In this document: one piece after another, positions 6,908-16,383 of the stretch
Numbering within the stretch: position 1 is the stretch's first letter
Layout of the letters: each line of letters opens with the position of its first letter
Origin: an uncultured archaeon
GTDB lineage: Archaea; Asgardarchaeota; Lokiarchaeia; Sigyniarchaeales; SOKP01
NCBI GenBank assembly: GCA_964508365.1
Contig: CAZDTP010000034.1
Coordinates: 1-42,855 of the forward strand
Direction: 5' to 3'
DNA: 42,855 nucleotides
The notes under the pieces: generated by a model
Told to the model about the DNA's origin: nothing
Seen by the model: only the letters and a program-made list of their open reading frames with translations
Database searches by the model: none
Translations under genes and position numbers: made by a program

Positions 6908-9286
6908 TTAAAACTCCGTTCGACCAATAATCTCGTCTTGTGCGGATTTAGATAATTCTGTAAACAATACGGAATAACCAGCGATGCGTACAACTAAACC
7001 TTGATATTCTTTTGGATTTATTTGAGCATCACATAGAATTTCTTTTCCAACTACGTTAAATTGAATGTGATAACCTCCGTTTTCTTCAAAATAGGTTCTA
7101 ATGAGTGGAAGGAACAATTCTATCTTTAGTGTGTTTGGATGAAATGCCAATATTACTGAGTTTCCATTTGTTATTAACTCATTATCCAGCTTCATAATTG
7201 AATTAAGTATCGCCGTTGGACCGTTTTTATCCCTTCCGTTGGTTGGACCAACTCCATTTGAGAGCGGTTCTCTTGCCTTCCTTCCATCAGCGGAGGCTGC
7301 AGTAAAAACTCCAAATGCCATGTGAAAAGCTGTAGAATAAATTCCGGGATGATACTTTCCACCTCTATAATTTTTGTGTTTAAGAATTTCCTTACAGAAC
7401 AATTCTGCTACATCGTGAGCTATAATGTCGACATAGTCGTTATCGTTCCCAAACTTAGGGACTTTATTAATAAAGATTTGTCTTATTTCCTCTCCCTTTT
7501 TCCCATTATAAGTACCTCGGTAATTCTTTGATACGATCTTGATCAATTCTTCCAAAGAGAATATTTTTTCCTCGTAGACCATTTTTTTAATTACAGCAAG
7601 AGAATCGGCAACCGTAGATAAACCAATTAGTTGAGTCGTAGTAAAATCATATTTAGCGCCTCCACTTGTGATATCACACCCCAGTTCAATGCAATCGTCT
7701 ATAGTTGCGGATAAAAAGGGTTGTGGATTGAGCTCAGCAATAGCTTTTTCAAGGAAAGACATCGTTTCTACCAAATTTTTAACAAAAAAGCTAAGTTGGT
7801 TCGAAAACTCGTCCCATAAATCTTGGTATGAAGTGAGCTTTTTTGTGTTTTCAATGCCATATGTCCTTCTTGTAAACATATCTGTCCCGTTGTTCAAGGT
7901 TAATTCTAAGCATTTCACAATATTTAATTGAGTGGCATTTGTACATCCAAATGATTTAAAAGTATGTGTTGGTTCTACACACCCTATTGGTGCATATTCA
8001 CGCGCATCTTCTAGAGTATAGCCAAGATTGTTAAGACCTGGAATCATAACAATGTCGTTAAACAACGCAATACTAGCTCCTGATTTAATAGCTTCTCCTG
8101 TTTTTACAAGCAACTCGTCTGGAGATTTAGTATGAATACGGACAGAAAAAGTAGGTTGAACCGTTTTTAATTTTTTGTACGAATCTAAGAATAGATACGA
8201 CAATTGATTAGTAGCGTCGTTTCCACCTTCATCAACGCCTCCTATCGTCAAATTTGCAGTAAGAGGCGGTCCTTCTGCAGCTATAATTCCTTTATGGAGG
8301 ACATAATTCCAGAGAGTTGAAAGCTTCAAGTAAAAACATTCAATTAAAAATTGTACTTCTTTATCAGTTATAACTCCCTTTTTTTTATCTTCAAAATAAA
8401 AAGGATAGAGAAGTTGATCAATGCGTCCAATACTAATAGCAAAACCTCCATCCTCGAGACCAGCAATTATATGAGTGAAAAATAATAACTGAAAGGCTTC
8501 TTTAAATGAGGATGGTGGATTACCAGAGATATTAGAACAAATTTCAGCAATTTCATAAAGTTCTTTTTTTCTATTACGATTGCCTTCTTTTTCTGCTAAT
8601 TTAGTTGCCATTATTGAGAATCTTTGAATAAACTCCTTAGAACCATCTAAAACAATTATAACTGACTCCAAAAAGTCTATTTTCTTTTGATCTTTTGAAA
8701 ATTCTTTCATCTTCTCTCTTGCTTTTTGAATTAAGCCGTTAAATCCAGCCTTTAAAACATTATGATGTCCTGGGAAGAAATGCCCCGTCCCGTTAGTTAT
8801 GTTTGTATCCACAATATAAAGTAGATTTAGCATGAGATCGGTTAATTCGGGACTTAAAAAAGAGTCAAATCTGGATTTGGTAGTCTCTTCTTCGTTTTTC
8901 CAATATGGTATAATTTCTTCGATTATGATTTGTTTATCGTTATCTGAAAGTAATAGCCGTTGAGTTTCTCGATTGTTATAAAGGTTAATATCCTGCTCAA
9001 TTGTATCAACACGTACTTCAGGATATAATGGTGTTCCAACAAATTTAGTACATCGGTTCCCAACAACGAATTCATCTTCCCATATTTTTATTGTCATATT
9101 CGTCAATAAATGATACATCGCTTTCGCAAACCTAATGTTTTGGGGTTCATTCTTTGTAGCTTTATATGACTCAGTGAAAAGTTTAGCTCTTTCTATACAA
9201 AGTTCATGTGGTTGGGAAACAACTTCTTCTTTCATTCTTAAAATGCGATCCTTATAATCAGGTGGTGAAATTTGCTCTACTTGCAT
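6908..9286 (-). CDS. glycyl radical enzyme (PFL2/dehydratase-lyase-like), substrate unknown
   Basis: C-terminal glycyl loop VRIAGYS, Cys loop PIGCVEP, ISIGRIDQ, DGRKAREPLSNGVGP; 792 aa. Confidence 0.92.
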   Translation of the reverse strand: MQVEQISPPDYKDRILRMKEEVVSQPHELCIERAKLFTESYKATKNEPQNIRFAKAMYHLLTNMTIKIWEDEFVVGNRCTKFVGTPLYPEVRVDTIEQDINLYNNRETQRLLLSDNDKQIIIEEIIPYWKNEEETTKSRFDSFLSPELTDLMLNLLYIVDTNITNGTGHFFPGHHNVLKAGFNGLIQKAREKMKEFSKDQKKIDFLESVIIVLDGSKEFIQRFSIMATKLAEKEGNRNRKKELYEIAEICSNISGNPPSSFKEAFQLLFFTHIIAGLEDGGFAISIGRIDQLLYPFYFEDKKKGVITDKEVQFLIECFYLKLSTLWNYVLHKGIIAAEGPPLTANLTIGGVDEGGNDATNQLSYLFLDSYKKLKTVQPTFSVRIHTKSPDELLVKTGEAIKSGASIALFNDIVMIPGLNNLGYTLEDAREYAPIGCVEPTHTFKSFGCTNATQLNIVKCLELTLNNGTDMFTRRTYGIENTKKLTSYQDLWDEFSNQLSFFVKNLVETMSFLEKAIAELNPQPFLSATIDDCIELGCDITSGGAKYDFTTTQLIGLSTVADSLAVIKKMVYEEKIFSLEELIKIVSKNYRGTYNGKKGEEIRQIFINKVPKFGNDNDYVDIIAHDVAELFCKEILKHKNYRGGKYHPGIYSTAFHMAFGVFTAASADGRKAREPLSNGVGPTNGRDKNGPTAILNSIMKLDNELITNGNSVILAFHPNTLKIELFLPLIRTYFEENGGYHIQFNVVGKEILCDAQINPKEYQGLVVRIAGYSVLFTELSKSAQDEIIGRTEF

Positions 9287-9394
9287 TAAAAATCAACAAA
9301 ATTCGTAATTACTAAAGTCGAATAATCACTTTGTATTAAATTTTAATATAATTATAAGACTAAATAAAAGTAATTATAATTGAATGTTATCTAT

Positions 9395-10237
9395 CTAATT
9401 TAGAATCAAAACTTCCTTAATTAGTCCCCTTTTCTGCGAATTGCTATTTATATTTCTTTTAGCTTTCAATGTAATAATTTTAAAATCTTTATATAAATCC
9501 AATATGAATTCGGAATAGGAATTACTCAGCATTAGATTACACCCTCTTCTATTAAGTTCCTTAAACACTTCAAATAATCTTATCTGCGAAGACTTGTCAA
9601 AACTCCTTTTAGTATAACTTGTAAATAAAGCAGTGTCAGAAAGTGGAAAATATGGTGGATCTAGGTAAACAAAATCATCTTTTTTTGCATAATCTAAGCA
9701 GATTTCGAAAGAACCCATAAAGATTTCAACATTCTTTAATATTTGACTAACATTTCTTAAATTTTTCTCGTCGCATATTTTTGGATTATTATGCCTACCA
9801 AAAGGAACATTAAAGAGACCTTTATTGTTAACCCGATATAATCCGTTGTATCCGCTTTTATTTAAATAAATGGATCGTGAAGCTTTATCAACATCTGATA
9901 GTTCAGCAAATTTTTTGCAATCCCGATCGAGAGCTCGAATTTCATAATAGTAATTCTTTTCGTACTTATGTTTTTTTAGAGATATTATTAAATCCTCTAC
10001 ATCTTCTTTTATAACCTTGTAGCAATTTATTAAATCGGGATTATTATCTGATATAATTGAGTTATTAGGAAGTAAATGGAAAAAAACAGCTCCACCACCA
10101 ATAAAGGGCTCAACATATTTATTAAAATTTTTAGGAAAAAATTTATCCATTTGTGAAATTAGTTGCCTTTTACCGCCAGCCCATTTTAAAAAAGGATATG
10201 GTCGAGTTTTTTGCGACAAATTTGTAATAAGGATCAA
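9395..10237 (-). CDS. dam: Dam/DpnM-family DNA adenine methyltransferase (orphan)
   Basis: FLKWAGGKRQL, YVEPFIGGGAVFF (SAM-binding), YLNKSGYNGLYRVN..G.FNVPFG, DFVYLDPPY (catalytic). Confidence 0.93.
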   Translation of the reverse strand: MILITNLSQKTRPYPFLKWAGGKRQLISQMDKFFPKNFNKYVEPFIGGGAVFFHLLPNNSIISDNNPDLINCYKVIKEDVEDLIISLKKHKYEKNYYYEIRALDRDCKKFAELSDVDKASRSIYLNKSGYNGLYRVNNKGLFNVPFGRHNNPKICDEKNLRNVSQILKNVEIFMGSFEICLDYAKKDDFVYLDPPYFPLSDTALFTSYTKRSFDKSSQIRLFEVFKELNRRGCNLMLSNSYSEFILDLYKDFKIITLKAKRNINSNSQKRGLIKEVLILN

Positions 10238-10327
10238 AATATTTTTTGTACTGTTTATACTATATAAAAATATAGATTAAAAATTAACAATTACTATACA
10301 CATAAATTAAACTAGTAGATTTTTACG

Positions 10328-11269
10328 ATGATTGATAAACAAAGATTTGAAGAATTATTCAATGAACGACTCATCAAGGACATTTCTGAAGAACAAATCG
10401 ATATCGTTTTAACAGGGCAATATGGAAAAGCTTTAGAACTGCTTAGAGATGCAGAGGCAACGGGATTATTTCCCGCTCTTGTAGGCCCTCCTGGAGTTGG
10501 AAAAACAATTCTGTGTCGATATTTTGCAAAATTAAGAGCAAAAGAAAATAAAAATAAGAACTTTCATTGGTTAACTCTTGACGAATCAATAAAACCAAGC
10601 CATTTCATTGGAAGTTTCGATCCTGCAATTACTTTAAAGAAAGGATTTGTGCTAGAAGCGTTCAATCCTGGACCTCTTTTGAGAGCTATGTTGGAGGGGG
10701 GGACGTTTTTAGCAAATGAGATTAATAGAGCTACCGAATATTCACAAAATACGCTATTAGAACCATTAGAGGAAGCATCTATCAGCATCCCTCACCTCGG
10801 AAGAATAAAAGCCGATAAAGATTTCTTTTTTATTTCTGCGATGAACCCTGAAGAATTATCTGGAACCCATCGATTATCTGAGGCATTGAAGGATAGAATT
10901 AAGGTATGGATCAAACTAACATATCCAGATAAGGCTACTGAGCTGGATATTATCAGAATAAATTTACCAGAACATTTTGAAATTGAAGAATCAGAATTAG
11001 AACTAGTTTATTCCATAATAAATGAAACAAGAAAAAATAAAATAGATATCGAGGTACCAGCCTCCATTAGAGCAGGTATTGCTATTGCTAAACTTGTAGG
11101 TCGTAGGCGTTCTTTAGAAAAAAGAGGAGAACTAAAAGAAAAAGCGTCAATATATGAATATCTTTCAGAAGTCACTCAACATGTTTTGCTAGGTTCAATC
11201 AAACCAAAACCGGGCACAAAAGTGGAAAATATAATTAATAATATCATACACAAAACTTTAGGTTCTTAG
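10328..11269 (+). CDS. MoxR/CoxD-like AAA+ ATPase
   Basis: Walker A GPPGVGKT; Walker B variant FLANEINR; QNTLLEPLEE; AMNP sensor; LSEALKDR Arg finger; lid PASIRAGI; directly upstream of a VWA gene. Confidence 0.88.
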   Translation: MIDKQRFEELFNERLIKDISEEQIDIVLTGQYGKALELLRDAEATGLFPALVGPPGVGKTILCRYFAKLRAKENKNKNFHWLTLDESIKPSHFIGSFDPAITLKKGFVLEAFNPGPLLRAMLEGGTFLANEINRATEYSQNTLLEPLEEASISIPHLGRIKADKDFFFISAMNPEELSGTHRLSEALKDRIKVWIKLTYPDKATELDIIRINLPEHFEIEESELELVYSIINETRKNKIDIEVPASIRAGIAIAKLVGRRRSLEKRGELKEKASIYEYLSEVTQHVLLGSIKPKPGTKVENIINNIIHKTLGS

Positions 11270-11287
11270 GAGGTATTTAATAATTTT

Positions 11288-13789
11288 ATGGGCGTTTTTC
11301 CAGAAAATCCTTGTGAATTTGCTGTAGATTTCATTCGTAAGATGAGAAGACATCGTGATATCGTTCAGATACCAAGTTCTCGACAAGTGCTATCTATCCC
11401 TAAATTAATTTTATCAAGGTATTATCGCAAAGGCGTGGTAACTGCTAACGATTACATAGAAATAAGCGCAGTGACTTCTTTTCCAGACAACCAAGAATTA
11501 GCAAAAAATCTAGCTTTTCAGATTCTCTTTCCTAATTATAAAAAGGACATTATGGATTCATTCTTTCAAGAAGATGATAAATTTGAAGGTGAATTTGGCG
11601 AAGAACTAGAAGAATCTGATATATTAACAGAACTTGATAAGCTACAAGAAATGATCGATGAAATTGAGATGACTAAATTACTAGATACGGACAAAATTCA
11701 AAAATTAGAGGATTTTTTGGAAGAATTAAATTCTAAACGAGAGGAAGAGCCTTATAAATCCGCTTTAAATTTTTTCAATGATGACTCAGAATTATTTAAA
11801 GAAGAGATTTCTTCTTTAGAAGAGTTGATACAAGAAGCGCAAAAAAGGTTAGAACAAAAAATTAACTCATTGAGTCCGGAAGATTTAAAAGCCGGTTCTA
11901 ATTTAGGTTTAAACGACATGATTCAGCAAAAATCCATACGAGAATGGGAAAAACTTGCAAGTAAGGCTCTCACTGATCAAAGCATCGTAGAAGATTTAAC
12001 GAGGTTAATTAATGCGAATAAACTTGACGATCTTTTAAAATCTATAAAATTTATTGGGGATACATCGGACAATCAAAATATACAGGAACAGATAAACCAG
12101 GTTAAAAATCAACTACAAAACCAGATTAATAATCTAGATCAACTATTTAATGCAGCGAAAACATTAGGTGAAACACCTAAATTTGATCAAGATAAAATTC
12201 TAAATAGCTCCTTAAACCAGTCCTCCTTTGAGCATAATTTCAATCTAGCTGACTCATTAGATCAGTATTTTGGAACCAATTTAAGAGAAGAGTTACTTAA
12301 TAAGCTAGATCAGCAATCTTTAAATTCTCAGCTAAGCCTATCATTGGAATCTTTGACAAAAAATGCCTTAGCAAATAAAACTTGGAATAGTTTATTTAAC
12401 CAAACCCTTGAAAATGCTATAAAGGAGGCAAACAATCAAAACATCAAGTTCGAAGCTCTAAAATCGCTTTCACATCAGATACAGCAATTAATGAATAGTT
12501 GTCCGAATATTCAATGTAGTCAGAAAATATCTCAAAAATTGCCCGATTTAATTTCTCAAACATTAGCGGCTTGTGATACGCCAGATCAATTAAAAAATGC
12601 AACTGAGTTCTTAAGGAAAATTGGTTTAAGCCCTAACACTGATGACATTAAAAGAATTGGAAAAGAATTAGGTATGTCAGAAGAGGATATATATGAACTT
12701 GTGGAACCTGATTATCAACTGCTAAAAAAAATGGTTGAAGAAAAAGTCGCCGATTTTCAAAGGATTAGCAATCTGATTAACCAACTGCGAGATCAACTAA
12801 ATAAAGAAAGAATCAAAGAATTACTAAGCAGCGCATTAGCCAACAATAACCGTGATGCCTTAGCTGCTATTGGCCATTACAATATGGGTGAGGCATTAAA
12901 AGGGGCGCAACAGATTGGTGGAAAAGAAGGCCAAGATAAACTGATCTCTTGTTTATCTGCGGGAAGTGGCGAAAACCTACTTAAACAATGGTTTATTCAT
13001 CGGAATAGTTTACCTGAAGAAGTTAAAGTGAAAGTAAAAGAATTAGCAAAAAAAATGTTAATTGATTTAGGTGTCTATTATTCCAGAGCACGATTAGGTA
13101 GTGCAACAACGGGTACAATACCGATTAATGTAGTAAGGCCATATTCAATCGGGGATGATTTTGAAAACATAGATTTAGAGGAAACAATATTTAACCTTTT
13201 AGAAAAAGGCAAGAAATTGGATCACATCAATTATGACGATTTTTATGTTTACGAGACTGCGAAGGGATTGCGCTCATTTTGTTTTGAACTTGATATCAGT
13301 GGTTCTATGACAGGTGAAAAACTTGCATATATGGCGATTTGTGTGACGATGTTAGTATATGGCATGAGAAAAGACGAAATTGGTGTTGCTTTTTTCGAGT
13401 CAGATACGCATGTATTAAAGAATCTATCGGAAAAAGTAGATTTGGAAAAATTAGCAGATGATTTACTTACGGTTTCTGCTAGGGGAGGTACCCGGCTTCA
13501 AAGTGCTTTAGAATGGGCAAATAAACAATTCAAAGAAAATTCTAGCTCTCGTGAAAAATTAAATGTTCTATTTACTGATGCAGAAATTTTCGATATTCAA
13601 CAGGCTAATGAAGAATTAAGAAAATTTCGTTCTTTAAATGTAGATTTCGTATTAATTTCTCCAGAATCCTCCTTTAATTTAAAAGAAGCCAAAAATATGG
13701 TAAAAAATGCTAGAGGGCAGTTGTTAACAATTAAAGACTGGAATGAATTTCCCAAACTTATCTCAGAGATTATTAAATCGAGATTTTAA
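11288..13789 (+). CDS. VWA (MIDAS) domain protein, CoxE-like partner of the AAA+
   Basis: C-terminal MIDAS: DISGSM (DxSxS), GGTRLQSAL (T), FTDAE (D); preceded by a long helical region; AGGAGGT RBS. Confidence 0.85.
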   Translation: MGVFPENPCEFAVDFIRKMRRHRDIVQIPSSRQVLSIPKLILSRYYRKGVVTANDYIEISAVTSFPDNQELAKNLAFQILFPNYKKDIMDSFFQEDDKFEGEFGEELEESDILTELDKLQEMIDEIEMTKLLDTDKIQKLEDFLEELNSKREEEPYKSALNFFNDDSELFKEEISSLEELIQEAQKRLEQKINSLSPEDLKAGSNLGLNDMIQQKSIREWEKLASKALTDQSIVEDLTRLINANKLDDLLKSIKFIGDTSDNQNIQEQINQVKNQLQNQINNLDQLFNAAKTLGETPKFDQDKILNSSLNQSSFEHNFNLADSLDQYFGTNLREELLNKLDQQSLNSQLSLSLESLTKNALANKTWNSLFNQTLENAIKEANNQNIKFEALKSLSHQIQQLMNSCPNIQCSQKISQKLPDLISQTLAACDTPDQLKNATEFLRKIGLSPNTDDIKRIGKELGMSEEDIYELVEPDYQLLKKMVEEKVADFQRISNLINQLRDQLNKERIKELLSSALANNNRDALAAIGHYNMGEALKGAQQIGGKEGQDKLISCLSAGSGENLLKQWFIHRNSLPEEVKVKVKELAKKMLIDLGVYYSRARLGSATTGTIPINVVRPYSIGDDFENIDLEETIFNLLEKGKKLDHINYDDFYVYETAKGLRSFCFELDISGSMTGEKLAYMAICVTMLVYGMRKDEIGVAFFESDTHVLKNLSEKVDLEKLADDLLTVSARGGTRLQSALEWANKQFKENSSSREKLNVLFTDAEIFDIQQANEELRKFRSLNVDFVLISPESSFNLKEAKNMVKNARGQLLTIKDWNEFPKLISEIIKSRF

Positions 13790-13793
13790 AACC

Positions 13794-16178
13794 ATGACTA
13801 AAAACCTAGTATCTGAAATAATATCTGAAAGGTTCGGAGTCGAAAAATACAAGGAATCATTAAAGTATCCAATAAATAAAATTAATATTATCTCGTTGAA
13901 AGAAAATCCGATAGAGATAAGAGCAATCATTTTTGATAAGGAACGTGAGTATCATTTAATTATTGATGAGAAGAGAAATGAAATTTTTCATGATTGCGAT
14001 ATGTTTTTTTCTGGAATGGATATCGGTAATAAAGTGTGTCCTCACTTGATTACGCTTCTTTTAATGGTAAAACCGTCAATTTCAAAGAATGTCTTAAACA
14101 ATATTAATAATTTCAACTTTACATCTGAGGACTATAATTCTAAAAAAAAAAGTAAAAACTATTTAGAATTAGCTAATACTTCTATTGAAAATAATAATTG
14201 TATCGAAGGTTTAAATTATCTCAATAAAGCTATATTTAATAATGAGGATTGTGAGCCTATAATTGAAAAATATCTAAAGACTGCTATAGAAAACAATCTA
14301 AACTTAGAACTTTTTGAATTTCTCCAATCAGCCTATAGCAGTGATTTAGGTCCATATCTTCATGCTTACGATAATTTTATAGAAGAAGGCTTCAAATCGT
14401 TTTTAAAATCAGCTTCGATATATACTTTTTTTGATCTTCTCCGAATTATTGAATTTATTGATAAAATTTTAGATTACTACGAATTTAAAAATGAATCATT
14501 TGTCTTTTCTTTAATTTCTAAATTAATTATGATGGCAAACTCCAATAAATTTAACGAGAAATATTTATCAATCTATTTTATTAAGAAAAAATACGAAATC
14601 CTCTCGAAATCTAATCCGATATTTAAAGATATTCTCACATCAAAAGATTACGAAGCTTTTAAACACAAACTGTTGAACTATTTTTTAGACGAAATTGATA
14701 ATTTTATCATATTAGACAAATTAAAGTTGATGAAAAGACAATTCGATGTATTCGAAATTCCGAAAAAACGATATTACGAAGAATATAAAACCTATAAAAA
14801 TGAAATAAAAGAATTAGAAAAGAAAGTCTATTTAAAGAAATTTGCATTTTTAAGATATTTTAAGGAGAAATATAACATTAAAAAAACAAAAATTGATTTT
14901 CGGAAAAAACGTAATGCTTATGAAGTTAATCACGATAAGGAAAACCTTAAAAATCCCGCTTATATTTACGTGATAAACCATTTAGGATTCTACGGAGTGA
15001 ATGAATCCATAATTAAACCTTCAGAAATAGGTTTAAATTACTTAATATTTGAGGAATTATTTCTAGACGATTTACATAATTATCATGATATTCTCTATTA
15101 TAAATTAAAGTTTTGGGGTGAAGAAAATAAGTACGAAATTAATACTGTTGATGTTTTCTCATTGTTAAGTAAACCTATGGAATATAATTATGATGTTGAT
15201 CAAAATTACTCTAATATTGATGAACTTACAATAATTGAATGGGATTTAGCGAGTAAACCAAGCCAAGGTAGTTTAGTCAATGCTTACGGTGTGCAAATCG
15301 TTATACCTGATCAAAACACAGCCCTTTTTCACGATATTAAACCATTTGATTTATGTTTCTGCCAGAAAAATCCAACAAAAATTGAGGGAAATCTAATTAG
15401 AACAAATATAGTTAGAACAATAAATATTATAACAAAATGTTCTTTTAAAGATGCTATAAGCAGCATAGAAAAGGGGATGAGTTTTATCGAAGGTTATTAC
15501 CCTTTTTCTTTAGTTTCATCTGTTCTCAAGAAAAAAATCAGTCCCTTCGAAGCATATGAGAAAGCTTTAAATAATGCCAATAAGCAGTTTATACCGTTTT
15601 ACGGGAAGTTCGTAAAAGCTTTTAGAAAATTCCTATTTCATTTTATTAATAAAGAAAAAGGGTATATTTACGAAATTTTAAAAAAGAACCCGAGAGAAAA
15701 TGCAAACCAATTCATAATCTTATTAAATATAACAACCGAACTTTCAGGATTAGATTTACTTTATCCTGAGATATTCTATGAATTACTCAACGAGGATACT
15801 GATTTAAATGAATTTAGAAAAAATTTAATGAAAAAAATACATTCGATTATAAAAGACATCCTTAAGTTAAGGGAAATCGGAGCAACAGAAGTGTTCAATC
15901 TTAAAAAAATGCGAAACACACCCTTTGTCAAATACTCGAATGAAATTCTTAAAATAAGAAAAGAAGAATTTGAACAATCAAAAGTTTATTGTTATACTCA
16001 GGATGAAAAATTATCGTATCAAATTTCTGAGTTAATAAAAACCTACTATGGTGGTCAATTATCGGAAATATTACATTTAAACCTGAAGACCACTATTAAC
16101 CAAGAGGTCTTCAACAAAATTTTAAATTTCGCTTCTAAATTAAATCTGAAGTTAAATGTGATTAATAGATTGCCCTAG
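13794..16178 (+). CDS. large helical protein with N-terminal SWIM-like zinc finger
   Basis: HDC-x12-CPH (13989-14045) SWIM-like pattern; ATG at 13794, four bases after the VWA stop, is more plausible than the ORF-track start 13743. Confidence 0.6.
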   Translation: MTKNLVSEIISERFGVEKYKESLKYPINKINIISLKENPIEIRAIIFDKEREYHLIIDEKRNEIFHDCDMFFSGMDIGNKVCPHLITLLLMVKPSISKNVLNNINNFNFTSEDYNSKKKSKNYLELANTSIENNNCIEGLNYLNKAIFNNEDCEPIIEKYLKTAIENNLNLELFEFLQSAYSSDLGPYLHAYDNFIEEGFKSFLKSASIYTFFDLLRIIEFIDKILDYYEFKNESFVFSLISKLIMMANSNKFNEKYLSIYFIKKKYEILSKSNPIFKDILTSKDYEAFKHKLLNYFLDEIDNFIILDKLKLMKRQFDVFEIPKKRYYEEYKTYKNEIKELEKKVYLKKFAFLRYFKEKYNIKKTKIDFRKKRNAYEVNHDKENLKNPAYIYVINHLGFYGVNESIIKPSEIGLNYLIFEELFLDDLHNYHDILYYKLKFWGEENKYEINTVDVFSLLSKPMEYNYDVDQNYSNIDELTIIEWDLASKPSQGSLVNAYGVQIVIPDQNTALFHDIKPFDLCFCQKNPTKIEGNLIRTNIVRTINIITKCSFKDAISSIEKGMSFIEGYYPFSLVSSVLKKKISPFEAYEKALNNANKQFIPFYGKFVKAFRKFLFHFINKEKGYIYEILKKNPRENANQFIILLNITTELSGLDLLYPEIFYELLNEDTDLNEFRKNLMKKIHSIIKDILKLREIGATEVFNLKKMRNTPFVKYSNEILKIRKEEFEQSKVYCYTQDEKLSYQISELIKTYYGGQLSEILHLNLKTTINQEVFNKILNFASKLNLKLNVINRLP

Positions 16179-16225
16179 CTGTAATTTCCCGTATACACCA
16201 TCGTAACCGGGGATAAACCAATAAT
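15966..16225 (+). repeat. diverged direct repeat, copy 1 (3' end of SWIM gene plus 3' end of EndoQ-like gene)
   Basis: Aligns by eye with 17931-18202 (GAATTTGAACAATCAAAAGTTTAT ... ACACCATCGTAACCGGGGATAAACCAATAAT). Confidence 0.93.
16152..16225 (-). pseudogene. C-terminal stub of EndoQ-like gene
   Basis: Minus strand reads YWFIPGYDGVYGKLQLGQSINHI*, nearly identical to the C-terminus of the 18129 gene; overlaps the SWIM gene 3' end convergently. Confidence 0.8.
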
Positions 16226-16383
16226 CTACTATTATCAATTATAATTTTTAATTTAATTCTCAAATAAAATTATTTAAATCTTTATTTCGAATAATACAAT
16301 TATAGACGAATATCTTTAGTATTAAATAATTAGAATAAAATATTAAATTTTTGTGCTCAAAGACGAAATTACTGGGCGTAACT

